Shown one piece after another: positions 13,901 to 27,400 of a DNA stretch of 64,000 nt. A model generated the notes under the pieces. It was given only the letters and a program-made list of their open reading frames with translations. It did no database searches and was not told the origin of the DNA. Origin of the DNA: Macrostomum lignano (lineage: Eukaryota); assembly GCA_002269645.1 (NCBI GenBank), contig NIVC01002700.1, positions 17,505 through 81,504 of the forward strand. The letters run 5' to 3'. The number at the start of each line of letters is the position of its first letter. Position 1 is the stretch's first letter. A program made the position numbers and the translations under genes.

Positions 13901-14566
13901 TCGGCACACTGATAACCAGCTGGAGGGTGGGATGGGGGCACCGCTGGGATTATGGTGGCATTCTGGGATTCGAAACTTCTCAAGCTCGAGTCTTCTCAAG
14001 CTCGAAACTTCTCAAGCTCGAGTCTTCTCAAGCTCGAATCTTCTCAAGCTCGAAACTTCTCAAGCTCGAGTCTTCTCAAGCTCGAATCTTCTCAAGCTCG
14101 AAACCTCTCAAGCTCGAGTCTTCTCAAGCTCGAATCTTCTCAAGCTCGAAACCTCTCAAGCTCGAATCTTCTCAAGCTCGAATCTTCTCAAGCTCGAGTC
14201 TTTTCAAGGTCGAGTTTTCTCAAGCTTGAAAGTTCTCAAGCTCGAAAATTTACAAGCTCGAAGTTTCACCTTGGCCGAAAAGTTTTAAATAGGTCAATGA
14301 TTCGCAATTTTGATAGTAATAAAATTTTAGAGTTTGCGAAAAAGATTTTACTACTCTGGGTAAGTAAAAAACGCTCACCTGATGCCAAACAAGCGACCCG
14401 GCGCCGAAGCAGAGGCACCATAGCCAGTGGCTGAGGTCCAGGCCTCTGGTGCGGAACACCATGCCACCAACTTGCACGATTATCACCTGCGATGGGGGAG
14501 TGCAGTTTGGTGTGTCTGTCTGTCTGCCAGTCTGTCTTTCTGTGTCTGTTCGTGTGTGTCTGTCTG

Positions 14567-14620
<54 letters not shown>

Positions 14621-14663
14621 TGTGTGTGTGTCTGTCTGTCTGTCTCTGTCTGTCTGTCTGTCG

Positions 14664-14704
<41 letters not shown>

Positions 14705-14783
14705 CCAGTTTGTTTTTCTGTGTGTGTTTGTGTGTGTGTCTGTCTGTCTGTCTGGTCTGTCTATCTTTCTATGTGTGTGTGCC

Positions 14784-14816
<33 letters not shown>

Positions 14817-17800
14817 GAGCTGTTATTACAAAGCACTCACCTGCAGAGCAAAGGTGGTCAGCCAGATAATAACAAAAATAATATTTCTCTGCAGCCCGGA
14901 GAACACATTTCTCTGATCGTGAATCTTCCTAGCGTTGACCTCGTTGAACAGAGTCATCATCACAAAGGCGTTAAAGATGGCAGTGAAGTGCTGCGTTGGC
15001 ACAGGGCTGCCAAACTGTATCGGTGTGTCCATGATCTTGTCGCCTGCAATTTAGATCCGCATATACAGATACTAACAGTAGCCTATACTATACTACAAAA
15101 CAGTTTCCAATTATTTCTAAGAAACGACAAACTGCTTGCCCTACTTTAAGTAGTTAAAAAAAGCTCGGACAATGATTACCGGCAAACAGCATGGTGAAGG
15201 TGATGACCAACTGGTAGAGCGCATTGCCGCAGATATTCCTCACCATGCGGATGTCAATTAGCGGTTTAGTCCGGCCGTACGGCTTACGCTCGAGCAGCTC
15301 GTCGCTAGGCAATTCGGTGGCCAAAGCCAGGGACGCTAGGGTGTCCATGATCAGGTTGACCCAAAGCATCTGGATCGCTCGCAGCGGAGTGTCCTGCGCA
15401 GTGGAGGGTGGGTGAGGAGAGGAGAGAGTAAGGCTAATGGCAATCAAGATTCGGGTGAATCGGACGGGTAATTTACCCTATGTACTTCTACAACAGTGCT
15501 CGTTGAAAGTGTACATCAATGAGCTTAGGAGGTGCACATCAATGAGCTTAGGAGGTGCACATCAATGATCTTAGGAGGTGCACATCAATGATCTTAGAAG
15601 GTGCACATCAATGATCTTAGGAGGTGCACATCAATGATCTTAGAAGGTGCACATCAATGATCTAAGCAGGTGTACAGCAATGATCTTATAAGGTGCACAT
15701 CAATGATCTTAGAAGGTGCACATCAATGATCTTAGAAGGTGCACATCAATGATCTTAGAAGGTGCACAACAATGATTTTAGAAGGTGCACATTAATGATC
15801 TTAGGAGGTGCACATCAATGATCTTAGAAGGTGCACAACAATGATTTTAGAAGGTGCACATTAATGATCTTAGGAGGTGCACATCAACGGTCTTAGAAGG
15901 TGCACAACAAGGATCTTAGAAAGCGCAGCATCAATGATCTTGAGAGGCAGATTAAAGGCAAGAAGGTATTCAACCAGAATCAAGAAAGGTGAACTCCAAT
16001 GTTTTACTCACGGTGATGACGCAGGAGCTAAACACGGCAACGGCAACAGCGACCACATTGACGGTCAGCTGGAATTGCAGGAACTTGGAAATAGAATCGT
16101 ACACGTTGCGGCCCCACTTGACGGCCTTGACAATGCTGGAGAAGTTGTCGTCAGTCAGGATGATGTCGGAGGCCTCCTTGGCAACGTCGGTGCCCTGGAT
16201 GCCCATAGCGAATCCGACGTCTGCCTTCTTCAAAGCCGGACCATCGTTGGTGCCATCTCCGGTTACGGCGACAACCTCGCGACTAGCGGTGATCTTCGAG
16301 GCGATGATGCCGGACACCAGGGTGTACTTGTCCTGCGGCGAGGAGCGAGCTAGTACGCGCAGTTTTGGCCACACCTGGAGCGATATGGGAGGGAGCACGT
16401 GCAGTTGAAATATTCATAATATTGGGCATTTATTACCTGTTCTCAAAATCAATGTGATCGCCACGCCGATTTTACTCTCCTCCAAGCCAATCTTAGACCT
16501 CCAGACCGATTTGACCCTTCCAGACCAATTTGACCCTTCTAGAAATATTTGACCCTTCCAGACCGATTTGACCCTTACAGAATGATGTGACCTCCTCTAG
16601 ACCGATGTGACCCCCTCTAGACCGATGTGACTCCCTCTAGATCGATGTGACCTCCTCTAGACCGATGTGACTCCCTCTAGATCGATGTGACCTCCTCTAG
16701 ACCGATGTGACCCCCTCCAGACCGATTTGACCCTTACAGAACGGGGAACGATGTGACCTCCTCCAGACCGATTTGAGCCTTACAGAACGATGTGACCTCC
16801 TCTAGACCGATGTGGACCCCTCCAGACCAGTGTGACCTCCTCCAGACCGATTTGAGCCTTACAGAACGATGTGACCTCCTCTAGACCGCTGTGACCCTCT
16901 CCAGACCGATTTGACCCTTACAGAACGATGTGACCTCCTCTAGACCGATTTGAGCCTTACAGAACGATGTGACCTCCTCCAGACCGATTTGAGCCTTACA
17001 GAACGATGTGACCTCCTCTAGACCGATTTGAGCCTTACAGAACGATGTGACCTCCTCCAGACCGATTTGAGCCTTACAGAACGATGTGACCTCCTCCAGA
17101 CCGATTTGAGCCTTACAGAACGATGTGACCTCCTCCAGACCGATTTGAGCCTTACAGAACGATGTGACCTCCTCTAGACCGATGTGGACCCTCCAGACCA
17201 GTGTGACCCCCTTCAGACTGATGTGACCCCCTTTTCTAGGACGAAGTGACTCCTCTAGGTTGATCGGACAGTTCTAGAATCGAAGCTAACGCCTTGTCAA
17301 ACTGACTGAATTATCCCCTTGTAGCAACCCATGACACCCGGCAAACCAACCTGGTCAAATCGAGCCTGAGACACCTGGCCAGTAGCGGGATCTCGAATAC
17401 GCTTATTAAACTCTTTGCCTTCGAGCACCAAGAAGTTTTCTCCGGGTTTCAAAATGCCGCATTTCGAAGCAATGGATCTAGCCGTGTTGACATTGTCTCC
17501 CGTCACCATTCGAACGCAGATGCCGGCGCTCTGGCACTGACGAATAGCGGCCGGCACCTCCGGTCGGACAGGATCCTCGATGCCGACTATGGCGATGCAG
17601 GTAAGCTTGGACACTATGAAGTCCTCATCGTCCCAGTTGGGCTCCTCTTTGAAGGCGGCGTCGCTGGGTCCCGGGCCGGCGCTGGCCGGTACGAAGTCTT
17701 TGTAGGCGATGCAGATTGTGCGCAGGCCGTCGCTGGCCATGGGCTCGATCACGTTGCTGACAATGCGGTCCTAAAGGGGGGACGGGAGATGGGAGTTGTT

Positions 17801-19405
17801 GTTAAGCCTATCAACGATTGATTCTAATTGTCATACCGATAATCCCGATTCTCATATCGATAATCCCGATTCTCATATCGATATCCCGATTCTCATATCG
17901 ATAATCCCGATTCTCATATCGATAATCCCGAGTCTCATATTAATAATTTCGATTCTCATATCGATAATCCCGATTCCCATATCGATAATTCCGATTCTCA
18001 TATTAATAATTTCGATTCTCATATCGATAATTTCGATTCTCATATCGATAATCCCGATTCCCATATTAATAATTTCGATTCTCATATCGATAATCCCGAT
18101 TCTCATATTAATAATTTTGATTTTCATATCGATAATTTCGATTCTCATATCGATAATCCCGATTCTCATATCGATAATCCCGATTCCCATATTAATAATT
18201 TCGATTCTCATATCGATAATCCCGATTCTCATATCGATAATCCCGAGTCTCATATAAATAATTTCGATTCTCATATCGATAATCCCGATTCTCATATCGA
18301 TAATCCCGAGTCTCATATTAATAATTTCGATTCTCATATCGATAATCCTGATTCTCATATCGATAATCCCGAGTCTCATTAATAATTTCGATTCTCATAT
18401 CGATAATCCCGATTCTCATATAGATAATTCTCATATAGATAGACAAGATCGATAATCTCATATCGATAATCCCGATTCTCATATCGATAATCCCGATTCT
18501 CATATCGATAATCCCGAGTCTCATATAAATAATTTCGATTCTCATATCGATAATCCCGATTCTCATATCGATAATCCCGATTCTCATATCGATAATCCCG
18601 AGTCTCATATTAATAATTTCGATTCTCATATCGATAATCCCGATTCTCATATGGATAATCCCGAGTCTCATTAATAATTTCGATTCTCATATCGATAATC
18701 CCGATTCTCATATAGATAATCCCGATTCTAATATTAATAATTTCGATTCTCATATCGATAATCCCGATTCTCATATCGATAATCCCGAGTCTCATATTAA
18801 TAATTTCGATTCTCATATCGATAATCCCGATTCCCATATCGATAATCCCGATTCTAATATCGATAATCCCGAGTCTCATATTAATAATTTCGATTCTCAT
18901 ATCGATAATCCCAATTCTCATATTAATAATTTCGATTCTCATATCGATAATCCCGATTCTCATATCGATAATCCAAATTCTATCGATAATTTTGACTCTT
19001 ATACCGATAATCCGATACTTATAACGATAATCCCAACAACCCTCCAAAACAACGCTGTCGCAGATTCGAACCTGATCAGCCCTTGGAAAGGGTTTCGGTT
19101 TGCCCTGCTCGTCCAGAATGAAATTACATTTGCCCAGCACCATCTCGGAGGCGCCTTTAGTAAACAGAGTGTAGCCGGCACCAGATTTGCGTTTCACAAC
19201 AGTTGACATCGATTTGCGCACGGAATTGAATGTGTAGATCTTGTGGATGGCTTCTTCCGGCACTTCTCGGCGATAATCGTCGTAGTTGCGGCCAATCGCT
19301 TCGACAAAGCCGAGCATGGCGCATTCGGTCTTGTTGCCAATCTGCTTTGGCAGCTCGTTGGCCTGCTCGGCGGGCTGCGCGGTGTTTGGGTGGGTTGGGG
19401 ATCAG

Positions 19406-19448
<43 letters not shown>

Positions 19449-19833
19449 GTCAATCAATCAATCAATCAATCAATCAGTCAGTCAATCAGTCAATCAATCA
19501 ATCAATCAGTCAATCAATCAATCAATCAGTCAATCAATCAATCAATCAGTCAATCAATCAATCAATCAGTCAATCAATCAATCAATCAATCAGTCAATCA
19601 ATCGACCAATCAATCAATCAATCAGTCAATCAATCAATCAGTCAATCAATCAATCAGTCAATCAATCAATCAGTCAATCAATCAATCAATCAGTCAATCA
19701 ATCAATCAATCAATCAATGAATCAGTCAATCAATCAATCAGTCAATCAATCAATCAATCAATGAATCAGTCAATCAATCAATCAATCAGTCAATCAATCA
19801 ATCAATCAGTCAATCAATCAATAAATCAATCAG

Positions 19834-19868
<35 letters not shown>

Positions 19869-19869
19869 G

Positions 19870-19912
<43 letters not shown>

Positions 19913-20613
19913 GTCAATCAATCAATCAGTCAATCAATCAATCGATCAATCAGTCAATCAATCAATCAATCAGTCAAAAAATCAATCAATTAATCAATCA
20001 ATCAATCAATCAATCAGTGAATCAATCAATCAATCAATCAGTCAAAAAATCAATCAGTCAGTCAGTCAGTCAATCAATCAGTCAAACAATCTATCAGTCA
20101 GTCAGTCAGTCAATAAATCAATCAATCAGTCAATTAGACAATCAATCAATCAATCAGTCAATCAATCAGTCAATCAATCCGTGAATCAATCAGTCAATTA
20201 GACAATCAATCCGTGAATCAATCAGTCAATTAGACAATCAATCAGTCAATTAATCCGTGAATCAATCAGTCAATTAGTCAATCAATCAGTCAATCAATCC
20301 GTGAATCAATCAGTCAATTAGTCAATCAATCAGTCAATCAATCCGTGAATCAATCAGTCAATTAGACAATCAATCAGTCAATCAATCAGTTAATTGATTA
20401 ATTGAATGATTAATTAATTAATTGATTGACTGACTGACTTATTGATTGATTGACTGACTGACTTATTGATTGATTGATTGACTGATTGATTGATTTACTG
20501 ATTAGCTGACTGACTGATTGACTGATTGATCGCCTAATTGATCGCCTAATTGACTGATTGATTGACTTATTGATTGACTGACTAATCAATTAGTTAATCA
20601 ATCCGTCAGTCAG

Positions 20614-20656
<43 letters not shown>

Positions 20657-23600
20657 GTTAATTAGACAATCAATTAATAAATAAGTGAATTAATCAGTCA
20701 ATCTAAAGAAACTATTATACACAGTACCAAAACTACACTAATTAATTTGCCTTATTAGTTCATCAGCCAATGTAAACCTACGCTTGTGAAATCAATCGAC
20801 CTACTTAAATACATGCGAGTACGTTTATCTAGCCATAGCCTCACCAAAATCCTGGAGGTATAGCCGCTGTTCAGTGAGATGGCTCTGCACAGAATCTCGC
20901 TCAGCGCGGCCGGGTAGTCCTCATACCGTTTCGTGATGGTCTTCTCGTGCGCGCCTGTGTAAGGAGAAAAATTTTATTTCCATAGAAGAAAGCAACATTA
21001 GCACTCATCGCTACTCTCAGTAGAGTGGAATAAATAACTGCCGTTTTTGAAGCTGCAAGATGTTGATACTATTTTTAGTAACAGAACGAACGAGACGAAA
21101 CTGTGCGTCACAGTTTCCTGATTTGGATCGGGACTGGCTGAAGCATCAGTCAGTTAAAATCCTACACACACCTGAAGCATCAGTCAGTTGAAATCCCACA
21201 CAACCACACACCTGAAGCATCAGTCAGTTAACATCCCACACACACCTGAAGCATCAGTGAGTTGAAATCCCACACACACCTGAAGCATCAGTAAGTTAAC
21301 ATCCCACACACACCTGAAGCATCAGTCAGTTGAAATCCCACACACACACACACCTGAAGCATCAGTCAGTTGAAATCCCACACACACCTGAAGCATCAGT
21401 AAGTTAACATCCCACACACACCTGAAGCATCAGTAAGTTGAAATCCCACACACACCTGAAGCATCAGTAAGTTAACATCCCACACACACCTGAAGCATCA
21501 GTCAGTTGAAATCCCACACACACACACACACCTGAAGCATCAGTGAGTTGAAATCCCACACACACCTGAAGCATCAGTAAGTTAACATCCCACACACACC
21601 TGAAGCATCAGTCAGTTGAAATCCCACACACACACACACCTGAAGCATCAGTGAGTTGAAATCCCACACACACCTGAAGCATCAGTAAGTTAACATCCCA
21701 CACATACCTGAAGCATCAGTCAGTTGAAATCCCACACACACACACCTGAAGCATCAGTCAGTTGAAATCCCACACACACCTGAAGCATCAGTAAGTTAAC
21801 ATCCCACACACACCTGAAGCATCAGTCAGTTGAAATCCCACACACACACACCTGAAGCATCAGTCAGTTGAAATCCCACACACACCTGAAGCATCAGTGA
21901 GTTGAAATCCCACACAACCACACACCTGAAGCATCAGTCAGCTGAAATCCCATCTAAATTACAACCCCAAAGCCGCACCCCAAAGCGAGCCGTACCAGCA
22001 ACAAAGGACTGAACCACAGTCATCCTATTCGTAGTCAAGGTGCCAGTCTTATCCGAGCAAATAGCCGTAGCATTTCCCATAGTCTCGCAGGCGTCCAAAT
22101 GCCTAACCAGATTGTTATCGTTCATCATCTTCTTGACGGAGTAGGCCAACGACAGAGTGACAGCAAGCGGCAGGCCCTCAGGCACGGCCACTACGATAAC
22201 AGTGACGGCAATAACAACAAATTCGATCAGCTTCTTCAAGTCGCGAGCAAAATCAAAGCTGTCACCGGTGCCAACTGGTGGCTGGGCAAAGGTCTCTACG
22301 CAATATTTAATGATCAGCACGAGCAGGGTGATGGCGCCAATAGCAGAGCCAACATTGCCAATGCGAATTGCTAGGGTTGTCAGTTTAGCTTGCAGAATGC
22401 TCTTCTCCTTGCTGCTTGAGGACTTCTTCTTTGGCTTGTCGGCCTCTCCGGCTGGCATTGTGTCGGGGTTGGCGTCGGCCGCGGCGCCCATGTTCGATAG
22501 CTGAATGTTCTCGGCGTCTGAGGGTTGTAAAATTATTATTCATGCACGATTCAGTGTGTAAATATGCCCAATTAACTGTAATGATTGTTGTTAGGCGTCT
22601 TGTACCAGAGCAATCATTGATTGATTGATTAGCTATACTCCCAGATTGATTAGCTGTACTCCCAGATTGATTAGCTGTACTCCCAGATTGATTAGCTGTA
22701 CTCCCAGATTGATTAGCTATACTCCCAGATTAATTAGCTGTACTCCCAGATTGATTAGCTATACTCCCAGATTAATTAGCTATACTCCCAGATTGATTAG
22801 CTATACTCCCAGATTGATTAGCTGTACTCCCAGATTGATTAGCTATATACTCCCAGATTGATTAGCTATATACTCCCAGATTGATTAGCTATACTCCCAG
22901 ATTGATTAGCTATACTCCCAGATTGATTAGCTATACTCCCAGATTGATTAGCTATATACTCCCAGATTGATTAGCTATATACTCCCAGATTGATTAGCTA
23001 TACTCCCAGATTGATTAGCTATATACTCCCAGATTGATTAGCTATATACTCCCAGATTGATTAGCTATACTCCCAGATTAATTAGCTATATACTCCCAGA
23101 TTGATTAGCTATACTCCCAGATTGATTAGCTATACTCCCAGATTGATTAGCTATATACTCCCAGATTGATTAGCTATACTCCCAGATTGATTAGCTATAC
23201 TCCCAGATCGATTAGCTATACTCCCAGATTGATTAGCTATACTCCCAGATTAATTAGCTATATACTCCCAGATTGATTAGCTATATACTCCCAGATTGAT
23301 TAGCTATACTCCCAGATTGATTAGCTATACTCCCAGATTGATTAGCTATATACTCCCAGATTGATTAGCTATACTCCCAGATTGATTAGCTATATACTCC
23401 CAGATTGATTAGCTATACTCCCAGATTAATTAGCTATATACTCCCAGATTGATTAGCTATACTCCCAGATTGATTAGCTATACTCCCAGATTGATTAGCT
23501 ATATACTCCCAGATTGATTAGCTATACTCCCAGATTGATTAGCTATACTCCCAGATTGACTAGCTATACTCCCAGATTGATTAGCTATACTCCCAGATTG

Positions 23601-24454
23601 ATTAGCTATATACTCCCAGATTGATTAGCTATATACTCCCAGATTGATTAGCTATACTCCTAGATTGATTAGCTATATACTCCCAGATTGATTAGCTATA
23701 CTCCCAGATTGATTAGCTATATACTCCCAGATTGATTAGCTATACTCCCAGATTGATTAGCTATACTCCCAGATTGATTAGCTATACTCCCAGATTGATT
23801 AGCTATACTCCCAGATTGATTAGCTATATACTCCCAGATTGATTAGCTATATACTCCCAGATTGATTAGCTATACTCCCAGATTGACTAGCTATACTCCC
23901 AGATTGATTAGCTATATACTCCCAGATTGATTAGCTATATACTCCCAGATTGATTAGCTATATACTCCCAGATTGATTAGCTATACTCCCAGATTAATTA
24001 GCTATACTCCAAGATTGATCAGTCTACATGCAGATCTCATAAGTACATTAAACCAGGCTCGGACAGCATAGGATAGTCAGTCAGACTTGCTGTATGACAG
24101 GTCCGAGGCAAAGGTGCGTGCAGACTACAGGGCCAGACAGACACAGCCAAGTTGAAATTTAAGAAGAGTGCATAGAGAACTTTTGATTGAAAAACAACAT
24201 TAAAAGACGATTTAGAAACCAAAGCAAGAAGAGCATTTAGCAAACAAAGGTGACCGGTCTCAGTCAGTCAGTCAGTCAGTCAGTCAGTCAGTCAGTCAGT
24301 CAGTCAGTCAGTCAGTCAATCAATCAGTCAGTCACCCACTCACTCAAGTCAGTCAGTCAGTCAGTCAGTCAGTCAGTCAGTCAGTCAGTCAGTCAGTCGT
24401 CAGTCAGTCAGTCAGTGAGTCAGTCAGTCAGTCAGTCAGTCAGTCAGTCAGTCA

Positions 24455-24497
<43 letters not shown>

Positions 24498-27400
24498 AGT
24501 CAGTCAGTCAGTCAGTCAGTCAGTCAGTCAGTCAGTCAGTCAGTCAGTCAGTCAGTCAGTCAGTCAGTCAGTCAGTCAGTCAGACAGTCAGTCAGTCAGT
24601 CAGTCAGTCAGTCAGTCAGTCAGTCAGTCAGTCAGTCAGTCAGTCAGTCAGTCAGCCAGTCAGTCAGTCAGTCAGTCACTCACTCACTCAAGTCAGTTAG
24701 TCAGTAAACACGGTGTCAGAAGAAAGCAGGTGCAAAGGTAGTTGGAAGATGTATATAAACTTGGGAGTCAGCATCAGAACACTGACCATTCGTGAGATAC
24801 TGTCTGAAGTTGCTAGCTGAAATATTTTTAGAAACAAATTGCGGAACATATTTCTGTTTCAACCAGTTTAAGTGAGCAAAACAAGGAAAAATGGTAACAT
24901 GCTGATAAAAGCAAACACAATTTTCCGACTTTATAGAAATTGTTAAATTTGCCAATCAGAGCAATTATGTCATTAGAAATGGATTAAGTATGATTAATTG
25001 TTAATTAAGCGTTAAATTAATTCGCTTTAAATCAAAGTCTGGATTAATTTTATACTTTTCATTGTTATAAAAAATAACAAGAAACATGGATTAAAATCAA
25101 CAATAAAGTTACAGTTAAAGTTTTGTTAGAATATTACGACCAGCTACTTCATATACTACTTACACACTCACACACAGACACACTTGAAAAACAGACTGAT
25201 TATATAAGGTTAAGATTTGGATTAGATAGTGCTTAATAGTATATACAATTAGCTACTTTTTAATTATTATAATTAATAACTATAATAATTTAAATTATAA
25301 AAAATATCAAACTAAATTTGCTGATTGTACTTATCTTTACAAGGTAGTGTTTTTAATTTTTGGAAATCTGTAATAATGTCTTATATTTTCAAGTCAGATA
25401 GCATTTAATCAACGCACACATTCACACAAAAATGGGTAAAACTGCAATAACCGAAAACAATACCTACCAGGTCTCTTGGCATCCGGATTCAGAACTGCAT
25501 ATGATTTTGAGAGAAAAAAGCACATAAAAATAATAATATCGATCACATAGTCGATGTAAATGAATCAAAACTACAACATATATGTATGCATGCAGGCCAC
25601 GTCTATAGTGTTGGGTATTTCGAAATTAACGATAGTAAATATAATGATAATAGTGTACAAACAATATACTATTTTATAATAGCGGTAAATCTTATTAAAG
25701 TAGAGCAGTGGTGTCTTAATAAAAATTATTATTATCATTATCATTAGTGAAGATGGTTAACCATGTGTTAATTGGATTGAGAAAATGCCTAACAGTCTTC
25801 CGGAAAAATTAATTAACACACACAACTACGTGTATTTCAACCTAACTATGATATAAAGAATTTTAATAGTTAGATTCATTCATTTTAAATCTAACTCAAG
25901 CTTTAAAAACTGCAATCTATCTAACAAAGAGGAAAGATAAGATTTTGTAGACTAAAATATTAAATAAAGTTGTTTTACAGACTAACAAGCCAAGTCTGAA
26001 CCACATTCTAGAATAACTAGATATGCCATTCGCAATGAAATTTGCTAAAAAAATAGAGCGTCTACTCATTTTTAAGTAGTTTGTCTGCATATTGTCACTA
26101 AGTTTAATGCGGAAGCTAAAACTTCCTTTCCTTCCTCGGGGTTGGCGGCCTCAGGAGCATATAATGGCGTTAAGAAGGAACAACAAGCATTTAATTCGAT
26201 GTACACAAGTATGAACGCAAGACGGACGAAACCCAGCCTAGGGGGGGGGCAGGCCCAATCTGGCTCAGCCAATGAGAGAGCAGTAAGGACAGAGGTCGAA
26301 GTCAGACGGACGAAACTCAGCCTAGGGGGGCAGGCCCAATCTGGCTTAGCCAATGAGAGAGCAGTAAGGAAAGAGGTCAAAAGTCAGACACAAGCGGGCA
26401 AGATGAAAAAACGCAAATTTGCTACTGAAAGAGAGATGAGCATATTTTTGCAAGTGGCATTCATAGTAGTTATTCTAGTATCTGTGGTCCTAACTTAATT
26501 AGATGCATCTAACTACCGGTATAGTAGCTGACGTGTACGCGTAACATATTACCTGCGTGGCCACGTATATAACATTATAAAAGTACACAATCAACTAACA
26601 TTACATTAAAACTATAGTTACGGGAATCTATAGGTAATAATATTTCTAGTTAGCTTTCTATATATTATAAAGAGGTAAAAAAGAAAAATGGTGCAGCAAA
26701 AGAATTAGGCAAGAAATTTGACATAAACAGAATTTTTCGACTCACGCGGCGTCTTCTGTTCACCTGCAGATGGGTGGAAAGGAAATGTTTGACAGTTAGT
26801 TTTAGCCAACTCAGGGCAGAATATTATACATGCAACGTAGTTACAAGCAACTACTATCAGTCTGGAAATGTTATAACTCCCTCTATTCTAATCATTTATC
26901 AGCAGACACACTTAGCCTTTCCTTAAATTACTATTTCACTCCTAAGACACATCTCTACTCTCTACTTTTCCAGACACACCTCTCACTCCCCAGACACATC
27001 ATTTTCATTCCCCAGGCACATCATTTTCACTCCCCAGGCACATCATTTTCACTCCCCAGGCACATCATTTTCACTCCCAGACACATTTTCACTCTCTAGA
27101 CACATATCTAACTCCCCAGATACATCTGTCACTCCCCAGACACATCTCTCACTCCCCAGACACATATCTAACTCCCCAGATACATCTGTCACTCCCAGAC
27201 ACATCTCTAACTCCCCAGACACATATCTCACCTCCCAGACACATCTCTCACTCCCCAGACACATCTCTCACACCTCAGACACATCGCTCACTCCCCAGAC
27301 ACATCTCACTCTCCAGACACATCTCTCACTCCAAAGACACATATCTTACCTCCTTAAACATAACTCTCACTACATACACTTCTCTCTCACTAGACATCTC

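Noticed and set aside
15877-16408. Antisense ORFs over PMCA and ACE exons (also 22099-22504, 32483-32939, 54925-55491, 61613-61906)
   Set aside because: Shadow ORFs opposite GC-rich coding exons.
21140-21945. Constant repeat with variable linker, superficially CRISPR-like (also 41170-41615)
   Set aside because: Linkers are (CA)n length variants, not unique spacers; eukaryotic intron; no cas genes.
26123-26149. Possible additional 27-nt PMCA A-site micro-exon
   Set aside because: Needs a rare GAG acceptor and a weak GAA|GTTTTA donor; insufficient support.
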